A DNA stretch of 64,000 nt from an uncultured Spirochaetota bacterium (GCA_963745235.1 CAVUXE010000035.1:96001-160000); one strand, 5' to 3'. Shown: positions 18,586-28,726, counted from the stretch's first letter. Program-made: numbers and translations. Notes: a model not told the origin generated them from the letters alone.

Positions 18586-20355
18586 GTGCCAGCTGATCCT
18601 CAGTCGATAGTCCAGGAAATCGTACGCCGCGCGGGAACCGACCGCGACAGGCTCCTCGACATAGCCCGAGAGGTCCAGGCCCGACTGGGGTGGGTCTCCG
18701 GGGAATCAATCAAGACAATCGCCGAAGCACTCGGTGTGAAGCCTGTTCAAGTGCGCGACGCACTCAGCTTCTACTCCTTTCTTTCGCTCTCGCCAACCGG
18801 GCGCTCGACTGTCCGCCTCAGCACCTGCGTTGCGGGGAAGATGAAAGGCTCGGAGGCTGTCGAAGAGGCGATTGCCCGCGAGGCAGGAATCCCCTTCGGC
18901 CAAACGAGCGGCGATGGCGCGATCACCCTTGCCCGCACGTCCTGCACGGGGATGTGCGATCAATCACCTTCGGCCCTGGTGGAAGGGCACGTGTTGACCA
19001 ATCTTACGCCCCAGGACGCGAGAAGGATTGTCGATGGGCTTCTGAACAAATCGCCCTTCTCTCACACGCGCGTGGAAAGCAACATTCGCCAGGCAGGGCC
19101 CGTTATTTTCGCGCCGTTGGAGCGTGGGACAGCGATTCGCGCCGCCCTCAGTCGCAGCCCGCAGGAGGTGATCGAGGAGATCGCAAAGTCGAGACTGCGT
19201 GGGAGGGGAGGTGCTGGCTTCCCCACGGGCATGAAATGGGATTTCTGCCGCAAGGCGCAGGGAGCGGAGCGCTACCTGATCTGCAACTGCGACGAAGGGG
19301 AGATGGGCACCTTCAAGGATCGCGTGATCATCACGGAGGCTGCTGACCTGCTTTTCGAAGGCATGACGATCGGCGGGTATGCTCTGGGGGCGAAACTGGG
19401 CATTCTCTATCTGCGCGGCGAATACGAATATCTCCACGATCATCTTGAACGGATTCTTGAGCGGAGGCGAAGGCTGGGGCTTCTGGGCGTCTCTGTATGC
19501 GGCCGAGAGGGATTTGAGTTCGACATTCGTATCCAGATAGGGGCCGGGGCGTATATCTGTGGAGAAGAGTCGGCTCTTCTGGAGTCGCTGGAAGGAAAGA
19601 GGGGCGCACCTCGGGACAGGCCGCCGTATCCCGTGCAGCGCGGCTATCGAAATCAGCCGACGGCGGTGAACAATGTCGAAACGCTCTGCTGCGTCGCCCG
19701 AATCCTGGAGAAAGGTGCGGATTGGTTTGCACGGATGGGCACTCGGGACTCGACGGGCACGAAGCTGTTGAGCGTCTCCGGAGACTGCGAGCGGCCCGGA
19801 GTGTACGAGCTGGAGTTCGGGATTGTAATCGACAGGCTCCTCGATATGATCGGTGCAAAGGACGTGCAGGCAGTCCAAGTAGGGGGGCCCTCGGGGCAGT
19901 GTCTCGCCGTGAAAGACCTCGGAAAACGGATCTGCTTCGAAGATGCACCCACCGGCGGAGCGATCATGGTGTTCAACACGTCCCGCGACATTCTGAGCAT
20001 TGTGCGAGACTTCACGGCTTTTTTCGTCGACGATTCGTGCGGCTGGTGTGCGCCTTGCCGCGTTGGAACAACGCTGCTTTTGAAAAAGATGGACAAGGTC
20101 CTCTCGGGCAGAGCGGTCCGCCGGGATCTCATTGAGATGGAGAGCCTTGGCAATACCGTGAAGACAATGAGCCGCTGCGGCCTCGGACAGACCAGCGCTA
20201 ATCCTGTTCTCACGAGCCTGAAGAACTTCCCCCGTCTCTATGAGCAAAAGATACAACCGGGGGACTTCTCTCCAGAGATCGACCTGGGGCACGCAATCCA
20301 GCCTGCATGTGAAATCACCGGCCGGACTCCTCCCAGAGAAGAGGGTGAGAAATGA
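18586..20355 (+). CDS. hoxF: NAD-reducing hydrogenase diaphorase flavoprotein (NuoE-like + NuoF)
   Basis: LRGRGGAGFPTG, CNCDEGE.GTFKDR, GAGAYICGEE, SCGWCAPCRVG...CGLG. Confidence 0.92.
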   Translation: MPADPQSIVQEIVRRAGTDRDRLLDIAREVQARLGWVSGESIKTIAEALGVKPVQVRDALSFYSFLSLSPTGRSTVRLSTCVAGKMKGSEAVEEAIAREAGIPFGQTSGDGAITLARTSCTGMCDQSPSALVEGHVLTNLTPQDARRIVDGLLNKSPFSHTRVESNIRQAGPVIFAPLERGTAIRAALSRSPQEVIEEIAKSRLRGRGGAGFPTGMKWDFCRKAQGAERYLICNCDEGEMGTFKDRVIITEAADLLFEGMTIGGYALGAKLGILYLRGEYEYLHDHLERILERRRRLGLLGVSVCGREGFEFDIRIQIGAGAYICGEESALLESLEGKRGAPRDRPPYPVQRGYRNQPTAVNNVETLCCVARILEKGADWFARMGTRDSTGTKLLSVSGDCERPGVYELEFGIVIDRLLDMIGAKDVQAVQVGGPSGQCLAVKDLGKRICFEDAPTGGAIMVFNTSRDILSIVRDFTAFFVDDSCGWCAPCRVGTTLLLKKMDKVLSGRAVRRDLIEMESLGNTVKTMSRCGLGQTSANPVLTSLKNFPRLYEQKIQPGDFSPEIDLGHAIQPACEITGRTPPREEGEK

Positions 20356-21071
20356 GCGAGCAGAAGCTGCATGTCATTATCGACGGCGTCGAGATCCCGG
20401 CTGATGAGGGGCAAACCATCCTGGAGGCCGCGCAAGAGGCAGGCATCTATATTCCGCGGCTCTGCTATCACCCCGAGCTGGTGCCCGGCGGGCACTGCCG
20501 CCTGTGCACGGTGAAGGCGAACGGGAAGCCAATCAACGCCTGCACGATGACCGTAACGGACGGCATGGTGATCGAAAACGATACGGCCGAGATGAACGCG
20601 GAGAGGCGGCATATCCTGGAAATGCTTTTCGTGGAGGGCAATCATTTCTGCCCCTTCTGTGAGGTCAGCGGGAATTGCGAGCTGCAAGCGCTCGCCTACC
20701 GTCTGGGCATGACAGCACCCGTCTATCCCTACTTTTTTCCGAAACGACAGGTCGATGGCTCACATCCCGATGTGTTCATCGACAGGAACCGATGCATTCT
20801 CTGCGGCAGATGCGTACGGGCGTCCCGGGATCGGGACGGGAAGAGCGTGTTCGGGTTCGTAGGCCGGGGGATCGGGACTCTCATAGCGGTAGATTCAGAT
20901 GCAGGACTTTCAGAGACGCAAATGAGTGCCGCTGATAGATCCGCGCAGTTGTGTCCGACCGGTAGCATCGTCATCAAACGGCTGGGATACCGGGTCCCGT
21001 ACGGAAGGCGCCGTTACGATCTGCGACCGATCGGAGCGGACATCGAGAAAAGGAGGGAAGGCGATGGGTAA
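20352..21071 (+). CDS. hoxU: Hydrogenase diaphorase Fe-S subunit
   Basis: IPRLC, CRLC, HFCPFC...C, CILCGRCVR. Confidence 0.92.
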   Translation: MSEQKLHVIIDGVEIPADEGQTILEAAQEAGIYIPRLCYHPELVPGGHCRLCTVKANGKPINACTMTVTDGMVIENDTAEMNAERRHILEMLFVEGNHFCPFCEVSGNCELQALAYRLGMTAPVYPYFFPKRQVDGSHPDVFIDRNRCILCGRCVRASRDRDGKSVFGFVGRGIGTLIAVDSDAGLSETQMSAADRSAQLCPTGSIVIKRLGYRVPYGRRRYDLRPIGADIEKRREGDG

Positions 21072-21604
21072 GCCGCGGATCGCGACGGCCCACCTGACGG
21101 GCTGTTTCGGCTGTCATATGTCGATTCTCGACCTTGACGAAAGACTGCTCGACCTGTTCCAGATCGTCGATTTCGACAAGTCGCCTTTCGACGATATCAA
21201 GGAGTTCAGCGCACCGTGCGACGTGGGGCTTATCGAAGGAGGGTGCTCCAACGACGAGAACGTGCATGTGCTGCGCTTGTTCCGGAGGAACTGCCGCATC
21301 CTCGTGTCGGTCGGCGAGTGCGCCCTCACCGGCGGGGTGCCGGCGCTTCGCAACATGGTCCCTCTTTCAGAATGCATGGAGGAGGCTTTCCTGAAGGGAC
21401 CTTCCGTTGTCGATGGGGTGTTGCCGGACGATCCGGACATTCCCCTTATTCTCGACCGGGTATACCCCAGCCACGAGGTTGTGAAAATCGACCATTTCCT
21501 TCCCCGGCTGTCCACCCTCGGCGGACGCGATATGGGAGTGTCTCACTGCGCTCCTGGCTGGCAAAGAGATCAACCTTGGCTACCGGTTGATCAAGTACGA
21601 CTGA
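21064..21604 (+). CDS. hoxY: [NiFe] hydrogenase group 3d small subunit; +1 frameshift in a C-run near 21505
   Basis: GCFGCHMS, EGGC, GECALTGG; PGCPPSADAI continues in the shifted frame. Confidence 0.85.
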
Positions 21605-21629
21605 GGGCGGAAGGAGAGGAGCGCGAGCG

Positions 21630-23063
21630 ATGCCGCAGAAGATCGTCATCAACCCGGTCACGCGGGTGGAAGGGCACGGCAAGGTCACAATCGTACTGGA
21701 CGATGCAGGCCATGTGACCCAGGCGCGATTCCATATCATCGAGTTTCGCGGCTTCGAGCGATTCGTCCAGGGGCGTCTGTATTGGGAGGCCCCGGTGATT
21801 GTGCAGAGACTTTGCGGCATTTGTCCGGTCAGCCACCTTCTGGCTGCCGCAAAGGCAATGGACGTGGTAATCGGTGCTGACCGGCTCACTCCCACGGCGG
21901 AGAAGATGCGCCGTCTCATGCACTACGGACAGGTCTTTCAGTCTCACGCTCTGCACTTTTTTTATCTCGCTTCACCCGACCTCCTTCTCGGATTCGAAAG
22001 CCCTCCAGCCACCCGCAACGTCATCGGGCTGGCCCTCACCAATCCAGAGCTCGCGCGTAGAGCGATTCTGATGAGGAAGTTCGGGCAGGAAGTCATCCAG
22101 GCGACTGCGGGGAAGAGGATTCACGGCACGGGAGCAATCCCGGGCGGCATCAACAAGAATCTTTCCGTCGCGGAACGCGATGAGCTGCGGCCTCAGATCG
22201 AGACAATGATCGCCTGGGCAGGCGAGGCCCTGGAGCTGTTCAAGAAGCTGTTTCGAGAGAACATGAAGTACTTCCTCGATTTTGCGAGCTTCGAGAGCAA
22301 CTTCGTGAGCCTCGTGCGCTCCGACGGCGCTCTGGACCTGTATGACGGACTTCTTCGAGCGAAAGATCAAGACGGCAGAATCATCTTCGACAAGGTCCAG
22401 CCGCGCGACTACCTCAGCGTGATCCGCGAGGAAGTCCGTCCTTGGAGCTACATGAAGTTTCCGTTTATCCATCCCCTCGGGAAAGAGAAGGGTTGGTACC
22501 GCGTGGGGCCGCTGGCGCGGCTGAACAATTGCGATTTCATCGACACGCCGCTTGCTGAAGAGGAGCGAAAAGAGTTCCTGAAGCTTGGAGAGGGCAGGCC
22601 GGTGCATGCGACTCTCGCCTACCACTGGGCGCGGCTCATCGAGACCCTCCATGCCGCGGAGAAAATGAAGGAGTTGCTCTCCGACCCCGATCTCCAGGGC
22701 GTAGACCTTGTGGTGAGCGGGACCCGTCGCGGCGAAGGTGCGGCATGCATCGAGGCGCCTCGAGGGACCCTCTTTCATCACTACCGTGTCCGCAGTGACG
22801 ACACGATTGAGATGGCGAATCTCATCGTATCAACGACGAGCAATAACGAGCCAATGAACAGGGCGGTTCAGAGGGTAGCCCAGGAGGAGCTTTCCGGCCG
22901 ACAGATCACGGAGGGCCTGCTCAACAAGGTGGAAGTCGCCATCCGGGCCTTCGATCCCTGTTTGAGTTGCGCGACGCACGCGCTGGGCAGGATGGCCCTC
23001 GAAGGGTCACTCGTCGATTCGCGCGGTCGGGTCGTGGACAGAAAGGTCCGCGGACAAACGTGA
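21630..23063 (+). CDS. hoxH: [NiFe] hydrogenase group 3d large subunit
   Basis: TRVEGHGK, L1 QRLCGICP, L2 FDPCLSCATH plus cleavable C-terminal tail. Confidence 0.93.
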   Translation: MPQKIVINPVTRVEGHGKVTIVLDDAGHVTQARFHIIEFRGFERFVQGRLYWEAPVIVQRLCGICPVSHLLAAAKAMDVVIGADRLTPTAEKMRRLMHYGQVFQSHALHFFYLASPDLLLGFESPPATRNVIGLALTNPELARRAILMRKFGQEVIQATAGKRIHGTGAIPGGINKNLSVAERDELRPQIETMIAWAGEALELFKKLFRENMKYFLDFASFESNFVSLVRSDGALDLYDGLLRAKDQDGRIIFDKVQPRDYLSVIREEVRPWSYMKFPFIHPLGKEKGWYRVGPLARLNNCDFIDTPLAEEERKEFLKLGEGRPVHATLAYHWARLIETLHAAEKMKELLSDPDLQGVDLVVSGTRRGEGAACIEAPRGTLFHHYRVRSDDTIEMANLIVSTTSNNEPMNRAVQRVAQEELSGRQITEGLLNKVEVAIRAFDPCLSCATHALGRMALEGSLVDSRGRVVDRKVRGQT

Positions 23064-23548
23064 ACAACCGCCAAGGGAAAGGAGCCTCGGTTCTTCTTTT
23101 GGGGTATGGGAACCCTGGCAGGCGGGACGACGGTTTGGGGCCGTGGATTGCCCAGGAGATGCAGCGACGACACGGCGAGCGTATGACGGTCCAGACGGAC
23201 TTTCAGCTCGGAATCGAATGCTGTGTCGATATGGCGCGCCACAAGGTTGTTCTTTTTCTGGATGCGGCCCGCGTCGGACCTGAGCCGTTCAAAGTCAGGC
23301 AGTTGGGCGCAGCAGCATCAGGCTCGCTGCCGATGATCGACGTCGGGTTTACGACGCACCTCTCGAGCCCGGAGGTCCTGCTGGCTCTTTGCGAATCGAG
23401 CCTCGCGGCGCGACCGTTGGCATGGCTGGTCGGTGTCCGTGGATATGATTTTGGCGGCGGTGAGGGACTGAGCAGGAAAGCGCAGCGGAATGCTCGCGCT
23501 GTCATTGAGCTCCTTGACGTGCTGCTCGCAAGAGGAGGTGAGGCTTTT
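23060..23548 (+). CDS. hoxW: Hydrogenase maturation protease (in frame with the downstream receiver)
   Basis: LGYGNPGRRDDGLG, FLDAA, FTTH..SP, GEGLS. Confidence 0.85.
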
Positions 23549-23938
23549 ATGGCGGAAACAAAAGAAGTGATAAAGACAATCCTCGTCATCGACGATGACC
23601 CCGATGTGCGCGCGACCTTGCGCATCATCCTCGAATCGGCGGGATTTACGGTGGGGGAGGCGGCGGACGGGAATGCGGGGATGAAAATAGCCGAGAAAAT
23701 AAGGCCGGATGCGATCATCCTGGACTTGATGATGGAGACGGTGGACGCTGGCAGCAAGGTTTCCACCCAACTGAAAAGCTCTGGTTTCACCTGCCCGATC
23801 TATCTCCTGAGCGCGGCCGGGGATTCAGTGCGGTACAACATCGACACCCAGCAGCTGGGACTTGCGGGCATTTTTCAAAAACCAGCGGATCCCAAGACGC
23901 TCATCGCGACCCTCAAGACGAGCCTGAAGCTTCCCTGA
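23549..23938 (+). CDS. Response regulator receiver domain
   Basis: ILVIDDD, IILDLMM, LLSA, KP; GGAGGTGA RBS before ATG 23549. Confidence 0.85.
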   Translation: MAETKEVIKTILVIDDDPDVRATLRIILESAGFTVGEAADGNAGMKIAEKIRPDAIILDLMMETVDAGSKVSTQLKSSGFTCPIYLLSAAGDSVRYNIDTQQLGLAGIFQKPADPKTLIATLKTSLKLP

Positions 23939-24058
23939 TGCTCGATGCACGGTGCTCACTTTCCCAGTATCCGTTGTCCAGCATCTACTCGTGGGATCAC
24001 GGAAAAGATCCGCGTCAGCGCCACCTCGAAAGTGAGAACAGCAAAGCTGAGGCACCGG

Positions 24059-24435
24059 TCATTCGACGATCAGCTTTCCCCGCAGCATTCCCATCTGGCA
24101 GTGGAACTCGTATTCGCCGGGCTTGTCCGGCACAAACTCGACGGGAACAACTACTCCTTCGGGCAACGTGGCCGATTTACCGAAATCCTCCATGATTACC
24201 ATCTCTGAGCAGGATGCCGTCTCATCCCGTCGGAAGCTCAACAGCACGGGCTTTCCATGCTCGACGACGATGACGTCAGGCGTGTAGCCGCCTTTCACCA
24301 CGACCATGGCTTCCTGATAGCCAGAAGAGGCCACGCCCGCCTTGGCGCCTTTGCTCCGCTTCAACCAGAAAAACCACGCGATCAGCACGGAAAATCCAAG
24401 TCCGCCAGGGTCACAATAATCCTCGCGATGTTCAT
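24059..24435 (-). CDS. CupA-like cupredoxin domain membrane protein (frameshift near the 5' end)
   Basis: [25 protein letters not shown]. Confidence 0.8.
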
Positions 24436-25870
24436 ACACGGGCTCCTTCCAAGCGCCGGTCCGGTTTCCACAGCTTCAGGCGATTTGCGTTGCTGATGAC
24501 TGTGACCGAGCTGAACGACATAGCGGCCGCGGCGATGAGCGGTGACAGAAGGATCCCGAAGAACGGGTACAGGAGGCCCATTGCAATCGGGATTCCAAGC
24601 GTATTGTAAAGGAAAGCTCCCGCGAGGTTCTGAAATACGTTGCGCATTGTGGCACGGCTTATCTGGATGGCGGTGACCACCCCGAGGAGGCTGCCCTTGA
24701 TCAGCGTGATGTCGCTTGCCTCGATGGCCACATCCGTGCCAGAGCCTATGGCGAATCCGACATCCGCCTGGGCAAGCGCGGGGGCGTCGTTTATTCCGTC
24801 ACCAACCATCCCCACTTTCTTGCCTTCCTGCTGCAGCTTCTGGAGGTTCCGCGCTTTGTCCTGGGGAAGGACTTCCGAGAGAACCCGATCGATGCCAACC
24901 TGCTTTGCCACGGCCCGGGCCGTGCGTTCGTTGTCCCCGGTGATCATCACTACCTCGATGCCCATGCGACGAAGGGCCCGAATGGCCCGGGCAGAATCTT
25001 CCTTGACAGTGTCCGCAACCGCAATCAGGCCGGCCGCTTTTCCGTCCAGGGCGGTGTAAAGGGGCGTCTTGCCATCATCCGCCAGGCGCTGAGCCTCTTC
25101 TTCAAGAGATCCGACGGATATCTCCCTTTCCTTCATGAGCCGCAGGTTTCCAAGCAAGAGCCGACGTCCGTCTACAACCGCCTCGACGCCGTGGCCGGGG
25201 ATTGCCTTGAAGTCCGAAACCTGGACAGGGGCAAACCCCTTTTTGTCCGCCGCTTCCACGATGGCGGCGGCCAGGGGATGCTCCGAGCCTCTCTCAACGG
25301 CTGCAGTAAGTCGCAGCAATTCGTCTTGCCCAGGCATGACTGCTCGAATATCAGTGAGAGCGGGCTTCCCATGAGTGATCGTGCCAGTTTTGTCCAGTAC
25401 GACGGCGTTCAGCTCTTTTGCGGTTTGCAGGGACTCACCACCGCGAATGAGGATGCCGTTCACGGCGCCCAGGCCAATTCCGGTTGTCAAGGACATCGGG
25501 GTCGCCATGCCCAGGGCGCAGGGGCAGGCGATGATCAACGTGGTGACCGCGACGATCAACGCATAGATGAAAGCAGGCTGCGGACCGAAATCGAACCAAA
25601 TGACAAACCCAATAATGGAAAGGATCATCACCGCGGGGGTGAAAAAGCTTGCCACGACGTCCACGATGCGTTGCACGGGGACCTTTGTCGCCTGCGCGTC
25701 CTTGACCATGCGGATGATGCTGGAAAGCACGGTGTCCTTTCCGACCTTCGTTGCGCGGAACTGGAATGAGCCGGTCTTGTTGATCGTTGCACCGATCACC
25801 TCATCGCCCTGCCCCTTTTCCACGGGAATGCTCTCACCGGTGATCATTGACTCATCCACGGCCGAGCTGC
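24432..25870 (-). pseudogene. copA: Cu(I) P1B-type ATPase, 5' part missing
   Basis: [39 protein letters not shown] present; N-terminal TM and metal-binding domains absent. Confidence 0.85.
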
Positions 25871-25974
25871 CACTTGACAGGCAGCGACGCGTCGAAATGT
25901 TCTTTTGCCATTCGATGGGCGCCCTGTAAGATGAGCCCGCAACGCCACTGCTACTCTGTTGATCGTGGCGCCGC

Positions 25975-26200
25975 CTAACAGGGGATGAGGTGATTCTTTG
26001 TGGGACGCAGGTGCCGCTGGCACTGATCTGCGCTGAGCCGATGTCCCCGGCGTCGCTTCTCGCGCTCTCACTCACTGTTGGGAGCGAAGAAACTTTCGGC
26101 GAACGCCTCGAAAGTGACGCGCTCTTTCGTCACGACCTGGCAGTGGTCGAGATAGCTTTGCGCCCAGGCAGTCGCCTGTTTCGGCGCAACATCGTGCGCA
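25975..26200 (-). pseudogene. Remnant of a tyrosine integrase N-terminal region
   Basis: [46 protein letters not shown]...KNHLIP resembles spirochaete integrase N-termini (recognised from memory); adjacent to the att tRNA. Confidence 0.5.
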
Positions 26201-26322
26201 CGCTTGCCTCCCCCAACAAGGATGTGTGTGCAGTGAGAAGTCGGTGCCTTCCAATGAGAAAACAAGGCTCATCGATTGAACTATCGATAGATATGTAATT
26301 ACTTTCAATATAAGAACATACT

Positions 26323-26408
26323 TGCCGGAGACGGGGGTCGAACCCGTATGATCCTTGCGGATCAGGGGATTTTAAGTCCCCTGTGTCTGCCAGTTCCACC
26401 ACTCCGGC
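26323..26408 (-). tRNA. tRNA-Leu(TAA)
   Basis: GCCGGAG acceptor, GGGGA-CTTAAAA-TCCCC anticodon arm, long variable arm, GGTTCGAC. Confidence 0.95.
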
Positions 26409-26411
26409 ACA

Positions 26412-26484
26412 GGATTTGCCGGCTCGGCCGAGCGGAAGGCCGAGCAGGCCTGCCGCGGCATTGGATGTGCCGGCTCGGCCGAGC
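26412..26484. repeat. Two copies of GGATkTGCCGGCTCGGCCGAGC (palindromic core) in the tRNA-Leu leader
   Basis: Copies start at 26412 and 26463; core GCTCGGCCGAGC is self-complementary. Confidence 0.6.
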
Positions 26485-26666
26485 ACACGGGCTCCCGCTG
26501 TCCGCTCCGCGGACAGCTGCCGCCCCAGTGATGTGCGAAAGAAGCTCCAGGCGCAGCAAGACGTGGCCCGCCCTCGCGCCTCTCCTTTGCCAAAAACCTT
26601 ACCGTTTCGCCGTCGGTCGAGTCAAGACAATAGGGCCCGAAGCCGAACATAGATTGAGGATTTTCC

Positions 26667-27506
26667 ATGCCGCGAAAAGCGATGCGTTCGCTCACGATGA
26701 TAGCTTTCCTTCTCTCAACGCTCAGCTTGATGGCAGGAGAAACGTCCTACACGATCAAGGAGGGCGAAACGCTCTTTTCTGTTGCCAGGCGGGCGCAGAT
26801 TCCGGTGGACGTGCTGAGCGCTTTCAACGGCATTGACAACGCCGCGCGGCTGAAGGCCGGGAGCGTCATCCGGTTCCCGTCCACGTACATCGTGAAGAAA
26901 GGAGACACCCTCTTCGCAATTTCCCGTTCTCTCGGCGTTCCGCTTGCAAAGCTGCTCGATATGAACGGGATCACAGAGCGCGGCAGGATCAAGAGCGGCC
27001 AGAAGCTCTACATTCCGACGGAACGAGGAGGCGCTGCTTCGCAGCCCGTGGATTCGATTGCGGCACGGACACCACAGCAGGAAACGACCACGCGGAGCTC
27101 CGTCCCGCGGGAGGCACCGGCGCAGGATGCAGGGTCTGAGCCTGTCGTGTGGCCGCACTCCGGTCGCCACGAGCCGTTGAAGGGGAAGATTTCCGGCCTG
27201 GTTTTCTTTGGATCTGAGGGAGATGCCGTTCATTCCGCGACCGGAGGCGAGGTGAAGTGGGTTGGTCCGTACTGGGGCTGGGGAAAGACCGTCATCATCA
27301 AGTCCGCGGATGGGGACATCATTCTTTATGCCGGCAACGAGCAGCTTCTGGTGAACGTGGGAGATCGTGTGAACCCCGGCACGGAGATCGCACGACTCGG
27401 GGTGAGTCCCCAGGGAGGGGGCGCGAAGCTCTACTTCAGCATTCAGGGAGCAAACGGGCAGTTTGTGGATCCGGAGAAGTTTTTCTCCGACAAGAGTCAC
27501 GCATAA
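26667..27506 (+). CDS. 2xLysM + degenerate M23 domain protein (NlpD-like)
   Basis: YTIKEGETL and YIVKKGDTL LysM repeats; M23 fold lacks HxxxD/HxH (KLYFSI). Confidence 0.85.
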   Translation: MPRKAMRSLTMIAFLLSTLSLMAGETSYTIKEGETLFSVARRAQIPVDVLSAFNGIDNAARLKAGSVIRFPSTYIVKKGDTLFAISRSLGVPLAKLLDMNGITERGRIKSGQKLYIPTERGGAASQPVDSIAARTPQQETTTRSSVPREAPAQDAGSEPVVWPHSGRHEPLKGKISGLVFFGSEGDAVHSATGGEVKWVGPYWGWGKTVIIKSADGDIILYAGNEQLLVNVGDRVNPGTEIARLGVSPQGGGAKLYFSIQGANGQFVDPEKFFSDKSHA

Positions 27507-27516
27507 GAGGGTGTAT

Positions 27517-28641
27517 ATGGGAAGGCACCTTGAAAAAGGCCAGGGAGGAGCGCAGGCCAGAGTCGACACCGCCGTGCAATTGCCGGCGGCAGTGGGACTC
27601 CTGGCGGGAGCGCCGCGTCGGGGAGAAGAAGCACGGGGAGCGCCCCGTCGGGGAGAAGAAGCACGGGGAGCGCCCCGTCGAGAAGACGCCCGCGGAGGAC
27701 CGCGTCGTGAGGTCCCCCAGGAGAGAGATCTCCTTGCCCTGTACATCAGGCAGATCTCCAGCTACCCGCTGCTCACGGCGCAGGACGAGCAGGATATCGG
27801 CGGCGCCATCCAGAGATCGAAAGAAGAGCTGGCAGGACTGGAAAAGAAGGCGGCTGCCTGCCGTGTCTCCCGCAGGGCCTACCTGCGGCGCAAGGCGGAG
27901 CTTGAGCACGAGATCACCCTGTCCAAGAACAGGCTGATCCTCGGAAATCTGCGCCTCGTCGTGTCAGTTGCGAAGAAGTACCAGCACCGCGGCGTGTCTC
28001 TCCTGGACCTGATCGACGAGGGGAATATCGGGCTCATCGAGGCGGTGGAGCGATTCGACTACCGCAAGGGGTGCCGGTTTTCGACGTACGGCACGTGGTG
28101 GATCAAGCAGGCGGTGATCAAGGCGCTGGCGGAGAACGGGAAGGCAATCAAGATTCCCATCCATCTCCTCAACACGATCAAGAAATGCTTTTCCATCGCG
28201 CGGCAGCTCACGCAGGAGCTGGGCCGGGAGCCCAGCAACGCGGAGATCGCCGACTACCTTCGCATTCCGAAGTCCCGCGTCGAGGAGCTCATCAGCCTCT
28301 CCTGGGACCCGACGTCCCTGGACACGCCGGTTGCAGGGGAGAACCCGACGCGCCTCGCCGATCTCATCCGGGACGATGCCTCCGAGAAGCCGTTCGAGTC
28401 GGCGTTCGCCATGGCGCTGCAGGACACCCTGGCCATGGTCCTGGACAAGCTCAACGAGCGGGAGATGCGCATCATCAAGCTGCGATTCGGGCTCGACGGA
28501 GAAGGGCCTTTCACCCTGGAGGAGACGGGGAAGATCCTCGGCATCACGCGGGAACGCGTGCGGCAGATCCAGGAGCGGGCCCTGGTGAAGCTGAAGCAGC
28601 TGCGCGTCTCCAGCGAGCTGGAAGCCTTCATCCAGGGATGA
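27517..28641 (+). CDS. RpoD/RpoS-family sigma factor
   Basis: NLRLVVSVAKKY, DLIDEGNIGL, FSTYGTWWIKQ, TLEETG...TRERVRQI. Confidence 0.9.
   Translation: MGRHLEKGQGGAQARVDTAVQLPAAVGLLAGAPRRGEEARGAPRRGEEARGAPRREDARGGPRREVPQERDLLALYIRQISSYPLLTAQDEQDIGGAIQRSKEELAGLEKKAAACRVSRRAYLRRKAELEHEITLSKNRLILGNLRLVVSVAKKYQHRGVSLLDLIDEGNIGLIEAVERFDYRKGCRFSTYGTWWIKQAVIKALAENGKAIKIPIHLLNTIKKCFSIARQLTQELGREPSNAEIADYLRIPKSRVEELISLSWDPTSLDTPVAGENPTRLADLIRDDASEKPFESAFAMALQDTLAMVLDKLNEREMRIIKLRFGLDGEGPFTLEETGKILGITRERVRQIQERALVKLKQLRVSSELEAFIQG
27606..27680 (+). repeat. 30-bp tandem repeat encoding GAPRRGEEAR
   Basis: About 2.5 copies in the sigma factor N-terminus. Confidence 0.8.
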
Positions 28642-28671
28642 GGTCGCCGTCGAACGACGGGACGCGAAACC

Positions 28672-28700
28672 TTGACATGAGGATGCGCCAATTCTACAAT
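28672..28700 (+). promoter_or_regulatory. sigma70 promoter
   Basis: TTGACA-N17-TACAAT. Confidence 0.75.
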
Positions 28701-28726
28701 AGGCCAGAACTTACGAAGGAAGATGC

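Larger units (their letters stand above)
14061..26346. mobile_element. Decayed genomic island integrated at the tRNA-Leu(TAA) 3' end
   Basis: 27-bp direct repeat at both ends, located 3' of the tRNA, integrase-like remnant beside the tRNA, truncated genes, accessory cargo. Confidence 0.8.

Noticed and set aside
21490-21520. Programmed frameshift or phase variation in hoxY (similarly hydA, hypD)
   Set aside because: Indels fall in short homopolymers and also hit unrelated housekeeping genes, typical of long-read error
21630-23063. Selenocysteine ([NiFeSe]) hydrogenase
   Set aside because: The L2 motifs of both large subunits use Cys codons, with no in-frame TGA
24432-26075. Full-length 547-aa CopA
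   Set aside because: The first ~67 residues are not ATPase sequence; the gene is 5'-truncated
14061-26346. Prophage, conjugative element or anti-phage defence island
   Set aside because: No structural, replication, transfer or recognisable defence genes are present
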